This document shows positions 28,955 through 39,809 of a DNA stretch of 64,000 bases, in pieces (within the stretch, counting starts at the first letter, position 1; each line of letters begins with the position of its first letter). Made by a program: the position numbers and the translations under genes. This DNA is from Acidimicrobiia bacterium. Lineage in GTDB: Bacteria > Actinomycetota > Acidimicrobiia > IMCC26256 > JBBRZM01. The DNA lies in contig JBBRZM010000004.1 of assembly GCA_038236695.1 (NCBI GenBank), positions 24,716 through 88,715 on the forward strand, read 5' to 3'. The notes beneath the pieces were generated by a model. That model was not told the DNA's origin, did not search any database, and saw only the letters and a list, made by a program, of their open reading frames with translations.

Positions 28955-30097
28955 TTGGATCTCTTCGAGTATCAAGGCAAGCAACTGTTCGCGCGTTTCG
29001 GCATCCCGGTATCACCCGGCGAAGCGGTCACCACGGTCGACGGCGCGGTCGAAGCGGCGGAACGCATCGGCTTCCCGGTCGTGGTCAAGGCCCAGGTGCA
29101 AGTCGGTGGTCGGGGCAAGGCCGGCGGCATCAAGCTCGCCGCGGACGCCACGGAGGTTCGCCGCCACGCGAGCAACATCCTCGAGATGGACATCAAGGGC
29201 CACCTCGTCCACACCGTCTGGATCGAGCAGGCCAGCGACATCGCCGACGAGTACTACGCGTCGTTCACGCTCGACCGGGCTGCGAAGCTGCATCTCGGTC
29301 TGCTGTCGTCACAAGGCGGCGTCGACATCGAGCAGGTCGCGGTGACTGCACCCGAAGCAATCGCGCGGCTGCATGTTGACCCGTTCGCCGGGCTGACCGA
29401 GGCGCAGTGCCACAGCTGGGTCGATGCCGCGTCGCTCGCGACCGAAGCGCGCGACGGCGCCGTCGACATCCTCATGAAGCTCTACACGTGTTACGTCGAG
29501 GGCGACTGCGACCTGGTCGAGATCAACCCGCTGATCCTCACGCCCGATGGGCGCGTGCACGCGCTCGACGCCAAGGTGACACTCGACGACAACGCGTCGT
29601 TCCGGCATCCCGAGTGGAGCGAGTACGAGAAGACGCAAGTGCTCGACGATCGGGAGCGGGAGGCGAAGAGCAAGGGTCTCAACTACATCGGCCTCGATGG
29701 CACGGTCGGGATCATCGGCAACGGCGCCGGCCTCGTGATGAGCACCCTCGACGTCGTGAACCAGGTCGGCGGCACCGCGGCGAACTTCCTGGATGTCGGC
29801 GGCGGCGCGGGCGCCGACCTGCTCGCGAACGCGGTCGAGCTCATCAACCACGACGCCAACGTGCGCTCGATCTTCATCAACATCTTCGGCGGCATCACAA
29901 AGTGTGACGAGGTCGCCAACGGGATCGTCGAGGCACTCAGGCGGGTCGATCTGCGTTCGCCGATCGTCGTGCGTCTCGACGGCACCAACGCGGCCGAGGG
30001 CCGCGAGATCTTGTCGAGTCACGAGTCCGACATGTTGATCGCTTCGCCGACGATGCTCGGCGCCGCCCGCACAGCAGTGGAGCTGGCGACCCGATGA
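28955..30097 (+). CDS. sucC: succinyl-CoA ligase beta subunit
   Basis: TTG start reading MDLFEYQGKQLFARFGIPV, with a GGGAG Shine-Dalgarno upstream. Confidence 0.95.
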   Translation: MDLFEYQGKQLFARFGIPVSPGEAVTTVDGAVEAAERIGFPVVVKAQVQVGGRGKAGGIKLAADATEVRRHASNILEMDIKGHLVHTVWIEQASDIADEYYASFTLDRAAKLHLGLLSSQGGVDIEQVAVTAPEAIARLHVDPFAGLTEAQCHSWVDAASLATEARDGAVDILMKLYTCYVEGDCDLVEINPLILTPDGRVHALDAKVTLDDNASFRHPEWSEYEKTQVLDDREREAKSKGLNYIGLDGTVGIIGNGAGLVMSTLDVVNQVGGTAANFLDVGGGAGADLLANAVELINHDANVRSIFINIFGGITKCDEVANGIVEALRRVDLRSPIVVRLDGTNAAEGREILSSHESDMLIASPTMLGAARTAVELATR

Positions 30098-30984
30098 GCA
30101 TCTTCATCGACGAGACCACCAAAGTCGTCTACCAGGGACTGACCGGCAGTCAGGGGCGTTTCCACGGGCTGCGCAACAAGGTCTACGGCACCCAGGTCGT
30201 CGCGGGCACCAACCCGAAGAAGGCCGGCACCGACGTCGAAGGCGTTCCCATCTTCGCGACTGTTGCCGACGCCAAAGCCGCGACCGGCGCCAACGCGTCG
30301 TGCATCTTCATTCCCGCGCCTGGTGTGGAGGGCGCGGTGATCGAAGCAGCCGAAGCGGGCATGGAGCTCGTCGTGGTGATCACCGAGGGTGTGCCCGCGC
30401 AGGACGAGGCGCGTTTCTACAACCGGCTGCGGGCCAAGTTTCCCGACGTGCAGCTGCTCGGTCCCAACTGTCCCGGCATCATCAGCCCCGGCAAGTGCAA
30501 CATCGGCATCACGCCGGGCGAGATCGCGTTGCCCGACGGACCGGTCGGCATCGTGAGCCGTTCCGGCACGCTCACGTACCAGGCGCTGTACGAGATGACC
30601 CAGCACGGTCTCGGCCAGACGACGTGTGTGGGTATCGGCGGTGACCCGGTGCCCGGCACGAGCTTTATCGACTGCTTGGGCCGCTTCGAGGACGACGACG
30701 ACACGCGCGCCGTGATCATGATCGGCGAGATCGGCGGCTCGGCGGAAGAGGAAGCGGCCGAGTTCATTGCCAGCAAGATGAGCAAGCCGGTGGTGTCGTA
30801 CATCGCCGGCGTTACCGCGCCCGCCGGCAAGAAGATGGGCCACGCCGGCGCGATCATCTCCGGCTCGAAAGGCACTGCCGCGGCGAAGATCGCCGCGCTC
30901 GAGGCTGCCGGCTGCCGCGTCGCCCAGAACCCCACGGAGATCGGCACCCTCATGGTCGAGGTTGTCGGTAATCTCGCCGGGTGA
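30094..30984 (+). CDS. sucD: succinyl-CoA ligase alpha subunit
   Basis: SRSGTLTYQ and the phosphohistidine loop MGHAGAII. ATGA overlap with sucC. Confidence 0.95.
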   Translation: MSIFIDETTKVVYQGLTGSQGRFHGLRNKVYGTQVVAGTNPKKAGTDVEGVPIFATVADAKAATGANASCIFIPAPGVEGAVIEAAEAGMELVVVITEGVPAQDEARFYNRLRAKFPDVQLLGPNCPGIISPGKCNIGITPGEIALPDGPVGIVSRSGTLTYQALYEMTQHGLGQTTCVGIGGDPVPGTSFIDCLGRFEDDDDTRAVIMIGEIGGSAEEEAAEFIASKMSKPVVSYIAGVTAPAGKKMGHAGAIISGSKGTAAAKIAALEAAGCRVAQNPTEIGTLMVEVVGNLAG

Positions 30985-31304
30985 CATACCCACCGGCCGG
31001 ATACCCGCCCTCGTCGCAGCCTGCTGCGCCCGGGTGGGGCACGCCGGGTGGCTACGCCGTGCGCCGTCCGAGCGTCAGCGGGCTCGCGATCGCGTCGCTT
31101 ATCACCGGCCTCCTGTTCTGCTTCATCGTGACCGCGCCGGCAGCCGTCGGGTTGGGTTACGCCGCGCTCGACCAGATCAAAGCGTCGAACGGCTGGAAGA
31201 CAGGCCGAGGCATGGCGATCGCCGGGATCGTGCTCGGCTATCTGACAATCGGCGGGCTGGGCGTCGCCGGCCTCGTCTGGCTGGGCAACATCCTCGCAAC
31301 CTGA
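30981..31304 (+). CDS. small membrane protein, DUF4190-like
   Basis: Pro/Gly-rich N-terminus, then two hydrophobic helices (GLAIASLITGLLFCFIV, GMAIAGIVLGYLTIGGL). GTGA overlap with sucD. Confidence 0.6.
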   Translation: MTYPPAGYPPSSQPAAPGWGTPGGYAVRRPSVSGLAIASLITGLLFCFIVTAPAAVGLGYAALDQIKASNGWKTGRGMAIAGIVLGYLTIGGLGVAGLVWLGNILAT

Positions 31305-31324
31305 GCGGGCCACGCCGCACGCGA

Positions 31325-31350
31325 ACGGCCGCGCCCGAAGGCGGGGCCGT
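31325..31350. terminator. GC-rich hairpin between convergent genes (possible bidirectional terminator)
   Basis: ACGGCCGCGCC-CGAA-GGCGGGGCCGT, with 10 of 11 positions paired and a CGAA tetraloop. No U-tract. Confidence 0.4.
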
Positions 31351-31373
31351 CGTGCGTACGACCGACCGATGGA

Positions 31374-31886
31374 TCAGACGGTCGGCGGCGGACCACCGGC
31401 AGGCGGACCGGGCGGCGGACCGCCAGGCCCGGGGCCCGCGGGACCACGCGTGCCGGCCGGATCCTTCGACGTCAAGAACGCGCCGTAGGTCATCGCAGCG
31501 GCCAGGACGAGGCCGACGTAGATGCCGTAGGCGCGGTCGAGGGTGACGATGCTGACCTTCTTGCCGATGAGCAGCTGCAGGACGATGAGCGCGAGGGAAA
31601 CAGCCGCAGCGATCAGCTGTACCTGGCCCCAGCCCATGTTGCCGAGCTTGTCGGGCAAGTTGACGTCGGCCAAGGCTCGCACCAAGACGAACGCCACGAG
31701 CGCAATGGCGATCAGGATCGCGAGAAGGCTGACGAATGATCCCCAACCGTTCTTGGTGTACGTCCCGGCGAACGAACCGGCCCCGTAGTCCTTCTTGAAC
31801 CAGGGCAGGAATGAGTCGATCAACAAGAGGATCCCGGCGCCACCGATGATCTTCTGGCCCAAGCTGAGTTCATTGATCTTGTCCAC
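31374..31886 (-). CDS. multi-pass membrane protein with Pro/Gly-rich C-terminus
   Basis: GTG 31886 preceded by a GGAGG Shine-Dalgarno. VDKINELSLGQKIIGGAGILLLIDSF..., tail GPAGPGPGGPPPGPPAGGPPP. Confidence 0.5.
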   Translation of the reverse strand: MDKINELSLGQKIIGGAGILLLIDSFLPWFKKDYGAGSFAGTYTKNGWGSFVSLLAILIAIALVAFVLVRALADVNLPDKLGNMGWGQVQLIAAAVSLALIVLQLLIGKKVSIVTLDRAYGIYVGLVLAAAMTYGAFLTSKDPAGTRGPAGPGPGGPPPGPPAGGPPPTV

Positions 31887-32037
31887 TGAAATGAAACCTC
31901 CGTCGCAGGCAAGGTGCCCGCGCAGGGCACAGCACGAAGCTGAGCACGGACGCCTTTCAATTGCAAGGATCATGGCGCAATGCGGCGCAAAGGTATACGT
32001 GGGACCGCCGCAAATTGCCTCGGCTAGGTTGAGCCCC

Positions 32038-32604
32038 GTGCGGCGGATCGCGATGCTCGCGTCGGGAGGCGGGACCATCTTGGAAGCGATCCTCGGGTCC
32101 CGGTTGCCGGTGGCGCTCGTGGTGGTCGACCGACCCTGCGGCGCGACCGAGATCGCCCGAGCCGCCGGTGTACCGGTCGAGATCGTCGAGCGCGACAGCT
32201 ATGGCGACGACTTCGACCGCGTCGCCTACACGCACCGGGTAGTGGACACGCTCGAGCGGCACCAGATCGATCTCGTCGCGATGGCGGGGTTCGGCACGAT
32301 CCTGGAGAAACCCATTCACGATGCGTTCCCGGGAACAATCGTCAATACCCATCCTGCGCTGCTGCCTGCGTTCAAGGGCTGGCACGCGGTGCGAGACACC
32401 ATGGCGGCGGGCGTCAAGGTGACCGGCTGCACCGTGCACATCGCCACGCTCGAGGTCGATGACGGTCCGATCCTGGCGCGGGAGGAAGTGCCGGTGCTGC
32501 CCGACGACACGGTCGAGACGTTGCACGAACGGATCAAAGAAGTGGAACGTCGCCTCTACCCGCGCGTGTTGCGCGAGCTCGCCACGCAAGGAGACGCGAA
32601 GTGA
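32038..32604 (+). CDS. purN: phosphoribosylglycinamide formyltransferase
   Basis: VRRIAMLASGGGTILEAIL and NTHPALLPAFKG. GTG 32038 inside the longer ORF. Confidence 0.85.
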   Translation: MRRIAMLASGGGTILEAILGSRLPVALVVVDRPCGATEIARAAGVPVEIVERDSYGDDFDRVAYTHRVVDTLERHQIDLVAMAGFGTILEKPIHDAFPGTIVNTHPALLPAFKGWHAVRDTMAAGVKVTGCTVHIATLEVDDGPILAREEVPVLPDDTVETLHERIKEVERRLYPRVLRELATQGDAK

Positions 32605-34121
32605 GCCCGACGCGCGTCCGTCGGGCGCTGCTCTCCGTCTACGACAAGAGCGGGCTGGTTGAGTTCGCGCGCGGCTTGCAAGAACTGGGCGTGGAGCTTG
32701 TCTCGTCGGGCGGCACCGCGACCGCGCTCGCCGACGCCGCGATTCCAGTGACGCGCGTGGAAGATCTCACCGGCGCACCGGAGATGCTCGACGGGCGGGT
32801 CAAGACGTTGCACCCGATCGTGCACGGCGGCATCCTCGCCGACCTCGGCAAGGAACAACACCGCGCCGATCTCGACGCGCACGGTATCGAGCCGTTCGAG
32901 CTCGTCGTCGTCAATCTCTATCCGTTTCTCGACCGGCCCGACATCGAGACGATCGACGTCGGCGGCCCCACGATGGTGCGCGCCGCGGCGAAGAACCACG
33001 CGTGGGTCGGCGTCGTCACCAGCCCGGCGCAGTACGAGCGTGTGCTCGAGGAATTGCGCGGGAACGACGCGACGCTCGGCCCTGACACGCGCCGCGCGCT
33101 GGCGCTCGACGCGTTCGCCGCAACTGCGGCGTTCGATGCCGCGATCGTGCGGTGGCTCCAGCGCGACGAAAAACTGCCGCGCTACCTCGTACTGCCGCTC
33201 CAACGCACCCACGAGACGCTGCGCTACGGCGAGAACCCGCACCAGCAGGCGGCTCGCTATCGCGCGATCGGCACCACCAGCTGGTGGGACGGCGTCGAGC
33301 AGCACGGCGGGCTCGCGCTCTCGTACCTGAACCTCTACGACACCGAGGCGGCGTGGCAACTGGTGCACGACCTCGGAGACGAGCCCGCGTGCGCAATCAT
33401 CAAACACGCGAATCCCTGCGGCGTCGCGGTCGCCGATGACCTCACGACGGCGTACCGCCTGGCGCTCGAGTGCGACGAGCGCTCCGCGTTCGGCGGCATC
33501 GTCGCGTTGAACCGTACACTCGACGAGGCAACGGCGGCAGCCATGGTCGCCGGTCCGCAGGCTGATGTCGTCATCGCGCCGTCGTATGACGCGATCACGA
33601 TCGACGCGCTGGCGAAGAAGCGCAAGAACACCCGCGTGTTGCGCGCGCCGCCACCCGAGCCGCCCACGATCGACGTCCGGCAGATCTCGGGCAGCTTCCT
33701 CGTTCAGGAGCCGCACCATTTCGCCGCGGACCGCAGCAGCTGGAAAGTCGTCACCAAACGGGCGCCCACCGACGAGGAGTGGCGCGACGCGGAGCTCGCG
33801 TGGCGCATCTGCGGACACGTGAAGTCGAATTCGATCGTCCTGGTGAAAGACCGTCAGGCGGTCGGGATCGGCGCCGGCCAGCAGAACCGCGTCGAGGCGG
33901 GCGAGATCGCGGCGAAGAAGGCGGCCGGCCGCGCCCGAGGCGGCGCGTGCGCGAGCGACGCCTTCTACCCGTTCCCCGACGGCATCGAAGCCGCGGCCGG
34001 CGCCGGTGTGGCCGTGATCGTGCAACCGGGCGGCGCGATGCGCGACGAGGAGAACATCACCCGCGCCGACGAGCTCGGCGTCGCGATGGTGTTCACGGGC
34101 GAAAGGCACTTCCTCCACTGA
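32601..34121 (+). CDS. purH: bifunctional AICAR transformylase / IMP cyclohydrolase
   Basis: RALLSVYDKSGLVEFA, GGTATAL, C-terminal MVFTGERHFLH. GTGA overlap with purN. Confidence 0.95.
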   Translation: MSPTRVRRALLSVYDKSGLVEFARGLQELGVELVSSGGTATALADAAIPVTRVEDLTGAPEMLDGRVKTLHPIVHGGILADLGKEQHRADLDAHGIEPFELVVVNLYPFLDRPDIETIDVGGPTMVRAAAKNHAWVGVVTSPAQYERVLEELRGNDATLGPDTRRALALDAFAATAAFDAAIVRWLQRDEKLPRYLVLPLQRTHETLRYGENPHQQAARYRAIGTTSWWDGVEQHGGLALSYLNLYDTEAAWQLVHDLGDEPACAIIKHANPCGVAVADDLTTAYRLALECDERSAFGGIVALNRTLDEATAAAMVAGPQADVVIAPSYDAITIDALAKKRKNTRVLRAPPPEPPTIDVRQISGSFLVQEPHHFAADRSSWKVVTKRAPTDEEWRDAELAWRICGHVKSNSIVLVKDRQAVGIGAGQQNRVEAGEIAAKKAAGRARGGACASDAFYPFPDGIEAAAGAGVAVIVQPGGAMRDEENITRADELGVAMVFTGERHFLH

Positions 34122-34981
34122 TGACGGCCAGGCTGCTCGACGGCAACGCATTCCTCGAGGCGATGAAAGAAGAGCTCCGCGCGCGAGTGAAAGACCTCGG
34201 CGCGCAGGGCGTCACGCCTGGTCTCGGCACGATCCTGGTCGGCGATGATCCCAACAACGCGTCGTATGTGCGCCGGAAGCACGCCAACTGCGCCGAGGTG
34301 GGCATCGCGTCGTTCAATCAGGAGCTGCCGGCGCAGGCCACGCAAGCCGAGGTGTTCGACGCGATCGCCACGTTCAACGCCAACCCGTCGATCGACGGGT
34401 TCATCGTGCAACTTCCGCTTCCACCCCAGTGCGACGAGGAAGCCACGCTCCGAGCGGTCGACCCCGACAAGGATGCCGACGGACTCCACCCGATCAACCT
34501 CGGGCGGCTGATGATGGGTGTCGACGCCCCGATTCCGTGCACGCCCGCAGGCATCCAGGCACTCCTCGTGCACGCAGGCGTGCCGATCGAAGGGCGCCAC
34601 GTGGTGATCGTGGGACGGGGCCTCACGATCGGCCGCCCCCTGGCCAACCTGCTGAGCTTGAAGCGGCCCAACGCCAACGCGGCCGTGACCGTCGTGCACA
34701 CCGGCGTCGCCGACCTCGCGGCCTATACGCGCCAGGCCGACATCCTCGTGGCGGCGGCGGGCAGCCCGGCGATCATCACCGTCGACATGGTCAAGCCGGG
34801 CGCCGCCGTGGTGAGCGGCGGTATCACCTGGGGTCCTGACAAGAAGCTCATCCCCGATGTCGACGAGGCCGTCGGCGAAGTCGCCGGGTGGATCACGCCG
34901 CGTCTCGGGGGCGTGGGGCCCACGACGATTGCGATGCTGATGCGCAACGCGGTTGACGCCGCCGCCCGCCGCGCCTCGTGA
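34121..34981 (+). CDS. folD: bifunctional methylenetetrahydrofolate dehydrogenase/cyclohydrolase
   Basis: MTARLLDGNAFLEAMKEEL, GFIVQLPLP, VVIVGRGLTIGRP. The ATG overlaps the purH stop by 1 nt. Confidence 0.9.
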   Translation: MTARLLDGNAFLEAMKEELRARVKDLGAQGVTPGLGTILVGDDPNNASYVRRKHANCAEVGIASFNQELPAQATQAEVFDAIATFNANPSIDGFIVQLPLPPQCDEEATLRAVDPDKDADGLHPINLGRLMMGVDAPIPCTPAGIQALLVHAGVPIEGRHVVIVGRGLTIGRPLANLLSLKRPNANAAVTVVHTGVADLAAYTRQADILVAAAGSPAIITVDMVKPGAAVVSGGITWGPDKKLIPDVDEAVGEVAGWITPRLGGVGPTTIAMLMRNAVDAAARRAS

Positions 34982-35012
34982 TCCCCACGTCGCATCCGGA
35001 GCGAAGCGGCCC

Positions 35013-35237
35013 ATGACCGCATCGAGCGAGTTCGAGCAACCACCCGCACACGCCACGTGTCCGCTGTGCGACCAACCGGTCTCACCGGCCGACCAGCGTT
35101 GCGCCGCGTGCGGTTACGACCTCGCGGGGCTGGGCGGGCGGCCCGGTCCGTTCTCGCGCGCCGCGCTGTGGTGGACTGCAGCCGGGTTTGTCGTCGTGTA
35201 CCTCGTCACGTTGCTCATCGTGGCGCTCACGAACTGA
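35013..35237 (+). CDS. small zinc-ribbon plus TM protein
   Basis: CPLCDQPV...CAACGYD (CxxC-N13-CxxC) followed by one hydrophobic helix. Confidence 0.4.
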   Translation: MTASSEFEQPPAHATCPLCDQPVSPADQRCAACGYDLAGLGGRPGPFSRAALWWTAAGFVVVYLVTLLIVALTN

Positions 35238-35266
35238 TCGCCCGCAGCCCGACGTAAAGGAGTCGC

Positions 35267-36460
35267 ATGGCCGAGAAGATCACGTTCGTCGACGGCGAGC
35301 TCCGCGTGCCCGACGATCCCATCATCCCGTTCATCAGAGGCGACGGCACGGGTGTCGACATCTGGCCCGCGGCGCAGCTCGTGATGGACGCCGCGGCGGC
35401 CAAGAGCGGCCGGTCCATTGCGTGGACCGAGGTGCTCGCCGGACAGAAGGCGTTCGACGCGACCGGCGAGTGGCTACCCGAAGCAACCGTCGAAGCATTT
35501 CGCGACCACCTGATCGGCATGAAGGGCCCGCTCACCACACCGATCGGCGGCGGCATCCGTTCGCTCAACGTGGCGCTGCGTCAGATCCTCGACCTGTACG
35601 TGTGCCTGCGTCCCGTGCGCTGGTTCCAGGGTGTGCCCTCACCGGTGAAGCACCCCGAGAAAGTCAACATGGTGATCTTCCGGGAGAACACCGAAGACAT
35701 CTACGCCGGCCTCGAGGTCGAAGAAGGCACGCCCGAGGCGCGCAAGCTGATCGAGCTGTTGCACGACGCGTTCGGGTGGAACATCCGCGCCGATTCCGGC
35801 ATCGGCGTCAAGCCTGTCTCCGAGACCGGTTCCAAGCGCTTGGTGCGCGCCGCGATCAACTACGCGGTGCGGCGGAACCGCTCGTCGGTCACGCTGGTGC
35901 ACAAGGGCAACATCATGAAGTTCACCGAGGGTGCGTTCCGCAACTGGGGCTACGAAGTCACACGTGACGAGTTCAGCGACATCGCGGTGGGCTGGGACGA
36001 TTGCGGCGGCGATCCCGGCGACAAGATCCTCGTGAAGGACGCCATCGCCGACATCACGCTGCAACAAGTGCTGACGCGACCCGATGAGTTCGACGTGATC
36101 GCGACGCTGAACCTCAACGGCGACTACTTGTCCGACGCGCTCGCGGCGCAGGTCGGCGGCATCGGCATCGCGCCGGGCGGCAACATCAACTACGTCACCG
36201 GTCACGGTGTGTTCGAAGCCACCCACGGCACCGCCCCGAAATACGCGGGGCTCGACAAGGTCAACCCCGGTTCGCTGTTGCTCTCGGGTGTGCTGATGTT
36301 CGAGCACCTCGGCTGGCAGGACGCCGCCGACGACGTGGTGCGCGCGCTCGAGGCGACCATCTCGGAGAAGATCGTCACCTACGACTTCGCCCGGCTGATG
36401 GAGGGCGCCACCGAGGTCAAGACCTCGGAGTTCGCCGCCGCCATCGTCGACCGCCTCTAA
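35267..36460 (+). CDS. icd: NADP-dependent isocitrate dehydrogenase
   Basis: [20 protein letters not shown] and [20 protein letters not shown]. Confidence 0.9.
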   Translation: MAEKITFVDGELRVPDDPIIPFIRGDGTGVDIWPAAQLVMDAAAAKSGRSIAWTEVLAGQKAFDATGEWLPEATVEAFRDHLIGMKGPLTTPIGGGIRSLNVALRQILDLYVCLRPVRWFQGVPSPVKHPEKVNMVIFRENTEDIYAGLEVEEGTPEARKLIELLHDAFGWNIRADSGIGVKPVSETGSKRLVRAAINYAVRRNRSSVTLVHKGNIMKFTEGAFRNWGYEVTRDEFSDIAVGWDDCGGDPGDKILVKDAIADITLQQVLTRPDEFDVIATLNLNGDYLSDALAAQVGGIGIAPGGNINYVTGHGVFEATHGTAPKYAGLDKVNPGSLLLSGVLMFEHLGWQDAADDVVRALEATISEKIVTYDFARLMEGATEVKTSEFAAAIVDRL

Positions 36461-36463
36461 CCC

Positions 36464-36512
36464 ACCGTTTGTGCAGAAGTGGTTCCCTGAGCGTCCGCTG
36501 GTGCACAAACGC
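36464..36512 (+). repeat. 49-nt conserved hairpin element, copy B
   Basis: ACCGTTTGTGCAGAAGTGGTTCCCTGAGCGTCCGCTGGTGCACAAACGC, starting 4 nt after the icd stop. Confidence 0.85.
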
Positions 36513-36592
36513 CGGGGTTACGGCCCGAGCCGGGCGGGCCCGATCGGCGCAGCCGGCGAGAATCCGCGATCCTGGTCGGTACCGAACTCCGG

Positions 36593-37408
36593 TTGGAGGC
36601 TTCAGGGCACATGGTGCTCGCCGAGCTGAACGTTCGCCACACGCGGCGCCACATGCCGACGCGCCGGGTCGCGCTCGGCGACGCCTATCTCCCCACCAGC
36701 GGGCCCGCGTACGGCGCGGTGCTGCTCGGCGCAATCGTGGCCGCGCACTTCGATCAGCTCGAAGAGGAGCAACAGGAGCTCTTCCCGCAGTTTCTGCGCG
36801 ACGCACGCGGCGGGCTGGGCGTGCCCCGCATCGCGTTGCGGTACCGGCTGCAGACCGACACGCACGGGCTCGACCGATCGCGGCACCGCATCGTCAACGA
36901 AGATGCGAATGGCCCCGGGTACTGGGTGCTCGAGCTCGACGTCCATGGACGCGCCGCACCGCAAGTGCTGGGCGCGGTCATGGCGGCGGCGTCACTGCCG
37001 CCGAGCGCCCGTGACATCGTCTTCCGTGCGATCGAGACGGCCGCGGCGCGGCCCGGGCAGCTGCCCGAAGGCTTCGTCGTGCACCGGCTGTATGAGGGCG
37101 TACCCGGCGCCCGGCCCACCGCGCCCGGCACCACCTGGCGGCCCTACGGCAACGGCGACGACGCGAACCCGTGGCGCGGCGTCACTGCGGAGCGGCGCTG
37201 GGCGATGGAGGTGCTCGGCCTCCGAGCGGGCATGGATCTGCAGCGTGACGACGTGCAGCAGCGCTTTCGACGGCTGCTGCGCTTGGCCCATCCCGACCAG
37301 GGCGCGCAGTCGACCGGCGCCGCGGAGCGGATCGCCGAGCTCGCCGACGCCCGGGAGCTGCTGCTCTCCGTGATCGCCACCTCGTCGACGAGGGCGGCGC
37401 GCGGGTAG
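36593..37408 (+). CDS. hypothetical protein with C-terminal J-domain-like segment
   Basis: The C-terminus [34 protein letters not shown] contains an HPD tripeptide in a DnaJ-like context. I do not recognise the ~190-aa N-terminal part. The start is uncertain. Confidence 0.55.
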   Translation: MEASGHMVLAELNVRHTRRHMPTRRVALGDAYLPTSGPAYGAVLLGAIVAAHFDQLEEEQQELFPQFLRDARGGLGVPRIALRYRLQTDTHGLDRSRHRIVNEDANGPGYWVLELDVHGRAAPQVLGAVMAAASLPPSARDIVFRAIETAAARPGQLPEGFVVHRLYEGVPGARPTAPGTTWRPYGNGDDANPWRGVTAERRWAMEVLGLRAGMDLQRDDVQQRFRRLLRLAHPDQGAQSTGAAERIAELADARELLLSVIATSSTRAARG

Positions 37409-37448
37409 CTTCAGGCAGTTCACACCCCCGAGCGTCCGAGGTCGTGTC

Positions 37449-38432
37449 ATGAGCTCGCCCGTCCACGTCACCGTCACCGGCGCGGCCGGCCAGATCGGCT
37501 ATGCCTTGGTGCACCGCATCGCGTCGGGTCAGCTGCTCGGTCCCGATCAGCCCATCGTGCTGCGCCTCCTCGAGATCGAGCCCGCCCTCCAAGCGCTCGA
37601 AGGCGTCGTCATGGAGCTGGAGGACGGCGCCCACCCGCTGCTCGAGGGGATCGAGGCTACGGCCGACCTGAAGCACGCCTTCGACGGTGCGTCATGGTGC
37701 CTGCTGGTGGGTTCGGTGCCCCGCAAGGCGGGCATGGAGCGCTCCGACCTGCTCAACATCAATGGCGGGATCTTCAAGCCGCAGGGACAGGCCATCAACG
37801 ATCACGCCGCGAGCGACGTGCGCGTGCTCGTCGTCGGCAATCCGTGCAACACCAATTGTCTGATCGCGCGCAGCAACGCCCCCGACGTCCCCGCCGACCG
37901 CTGGTTCGCAATGATGCGTCTCGACGAGAACCGGGCCAAGTCCCAGCTTGCGCACAAGGCCGGCGTCCGCGTGCGCCAGGTCACGAACATGGCGACTTGG
38001 GGCAATCACAGCGCCACGCAGTTCCCCGACTACGCACACGCACAGATCGACGGCATACCGGTGCCCGAAGTGATCACCGATACCGCATGGTTGCACGGGC
38101 CGTTCATCGAGACCGTGCAGAAGCGCGGTGCGGCAGTTATCGACGCGCGCGGCGCGTCATCTGCGGCGTCGGCCGCGCACGCCGCCATCGACTCGGTCAA
38201 CAGCGTCTGGCAGGCGACGCCCGAAGGCGACTGGCATTCACTGGCAGTCATGAGCCGCGGCGAGTACGGCGTGCCCGAGGGATTGCAGTTCGGGTTTCCC
38301 GTTCGCAGCGATGGCAAAAGCTGGAAGATCATTGAAGGTTTGGCGCACGACGGATTCGCCCGCGGGAAGCTCGCCGTCACGACCAACGAGCTCATCGCGG
38401 AGCGTGACGAGGTGCAAGCACTCCTCGGTTGA
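37449..38432 (+). CDS. mdh: malate dehydrogenase
   Basis: [17 protein letters not shown]-binding motif, then VGNPCNTN. Confidence 0.9.
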   Translation: MSSPVHVTVTGAAGQIGYALVHRIASGQLLGPDQPIVLRLLEIEPALQALEGVVMELEDGAHPLLEGIEATADLKHAFDGASWCLLVGSVPRKAGMERSDLLNINGGIFKPQGQAINDHAASDVRVLVVGNPCNTNCLIARSNAPDVPADRWFAMMRLDENRAKSQLAHKAGVRVRQVTNMATWGNHSATQFPDYAHAQIDGIPVPEVITDTAWLHGPFIETVQKRGAAVIDARGASSAASAAHAAIDSVNSVWQATPEGDWHSLAVMSRGEYGVPEGLQFGFPVRSDGKSWKIIEGLAHDGFARGKLAVTTNELIAERDEVQALLG

Positions 38433-38538
38433 CGCGAGTGCGCGCGCAGTGCGCGCGATCACCACCGCTCACCAGCGGAGCTGCGCGCGGCGGGTCGCAC
38501 GTGGCAGCATGCGTGCTGCACCTGGCGGAGGGAGCTCC

Positions 38539-39030
38539 ATGGCGGACCTACGGTGGTGGCGACACGAGTCGCCGGTTGGTGATCTGGTTGTCGTAATGGG
38601 GGACAGCGGGTTGCGCAAACTGATCGTCGGCGGCGCTGTCGACGTCGACACGATCGACGGCGTCGCGTACCCCGAACGTGACAACGAGGTCGCGACCGAG
38701 CTTGACGAGTACTTCGCCGGCCGTCGTCGTCGCTTCACCATGCCGGTCGATCTCTCGTCAGTCGCAGCGCCGTTTCGCCGCACCGTCCTCGAGACGTTGT
38801 ACCGCGAGGTCGGATTCGGCGAGACCATCACGTACGGCGAGCTCGCCGCGCTCGCGAGACGGCCCGGTGCGGCGCGTGCCGTGGGTTCCGCGATGGCGAC
38901 CAATCCCATTCCGATCGTCGTGCCGTGCCACCGCGTGCTCGCTGCCGGCGGACATCTGGGCGGGTACGGCGGCGGCCTCGGCATGAAGCGAGGCCTGCTC
39001 GGCCTCGAAGGGGTCGGCATCGAGGGCTGA
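38539..39030 (+). CDS. ogt: methylated-DNA--protein-cysteine methyltransferase
   Basis: Active site IPIVVPCHRV. ATG 38539 inside the longer ORF. Confidence 0.85.
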   Translation: MADLRWWRHESPVGDLVVVMGDSGLRKLIVGGAVDVDTIDGVAYPERDNEVATELDEYFAGRRRRFTMPVDLSSVAAPFRRTVLETLYREVGFGETITYGELAALARRPGAARAVGSAMATNPIPIVVPCHRVLAAGGHLGGYGGGLGMKRGLLGLEGVGIEG

Positions 39031-39045
39031 GCCGGGGTCACGCGA

Positions 39046-39738
39046 TTGAATGGTGGCGTGAGCGACGAGCTTCCGCCTGCGACCCGCCGGGAACGCACCC
39101 TCGAGCTCGACCGGGTCGTCAACTTCAGTGACGGGGTCTTCGCAATCGCGATGACGCTGCTCGTGCTCAGTCTGCACGTGCCGCTCACGCTCGACACCAA
39201 GTACTCCGGTCATGCCCTGGACGAGCATCTGTGGCGAGAGTTCCACGATATGTTGCCGAACCTGTTCGGCTACGGGCTCAGCTTCTTCGTGATCAGCCGC
39301 ACCTGGCTTGCGCACCACCGCGCGTTCCGGGTAATCGAACGCATCGACCACACGTTCATCACGCTCAATCTCACGCTGCTCGCATTCGTCGCGCTCGCGC
39401 CGTTCCCGACCGAGGTGTTCGGCACGTATCCGCAGTCCCGCACGGCGACTGTCGTGTACGCGGCGAGCATCAGCGCGGTCAGTCTCATGTTCACAGCCCT
39501 CTGGCTGTACGCGGCGTACGGCGGTCGTCTCATCGTGCCCGGTACGCCGCGCGAGTTCATCGTGCACTCGACGCTGCGAGGTCTCAGCCTCCCCATCGTC
39601 TTCCTCGTCTCGATCCCGATCGCGTTGGGTGTCGGCCCGCCATGGGCCCAGTGGTCATGGACGCTGGTCGTGCCCGCGCGCATCGCGCTCGGGCGTCGGT
39701 ACGGTCGGATCACGCGTCTGGCCGAACGTTTGGGGTGA
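39046..39738 (+). CDS. TMEM175/DUF1211-family membrane protein (putative K+ channel)
   Basis: RVVNFSDGVFAIAMTLLVL signature and six hydrophobic segments. Confidence 0.7.
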   Translation: MNGGVSDELPPATRRERTLELDRVVNFSDGVFAIAMTLLVLSLHVPLTLDTKYSGHALDEHLWREFHDMLPNLFGYGLSFFVISRTWLAHHRAFRVIERIDHTFITLNLTLLAFVALAPFPTEVFGTYPQSRTATVVYAASISAVSLMFTALWLYAAYGGRLIVPGTPREFIVHSTLRGLSLPIVFLVSIPIALGVGPPWAQWSWTLVVPARIALGRRYGRITRLAERLG

Positions 39739-39809
39739 CTTGCGCCATTAACCGGCTGCGCGCGGCGGGGCGCGTTGGCAGCGCGTCCGCAGAGGGCGCA
39801 TGATGGAGT

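Noticed and set aside
31887-32037. Possible ZTP (pfl) riboswitch upstream of purN-purH-folD
   Set aside because: This is the expected genomic context, but I could not find the conserved GACUGGCG / CCGCCUGGGC-type elements. There is only a short hairpin (GTGCCC-GCGCA-GGGCAC) and a loose CCGCC...GCCUCGGC.
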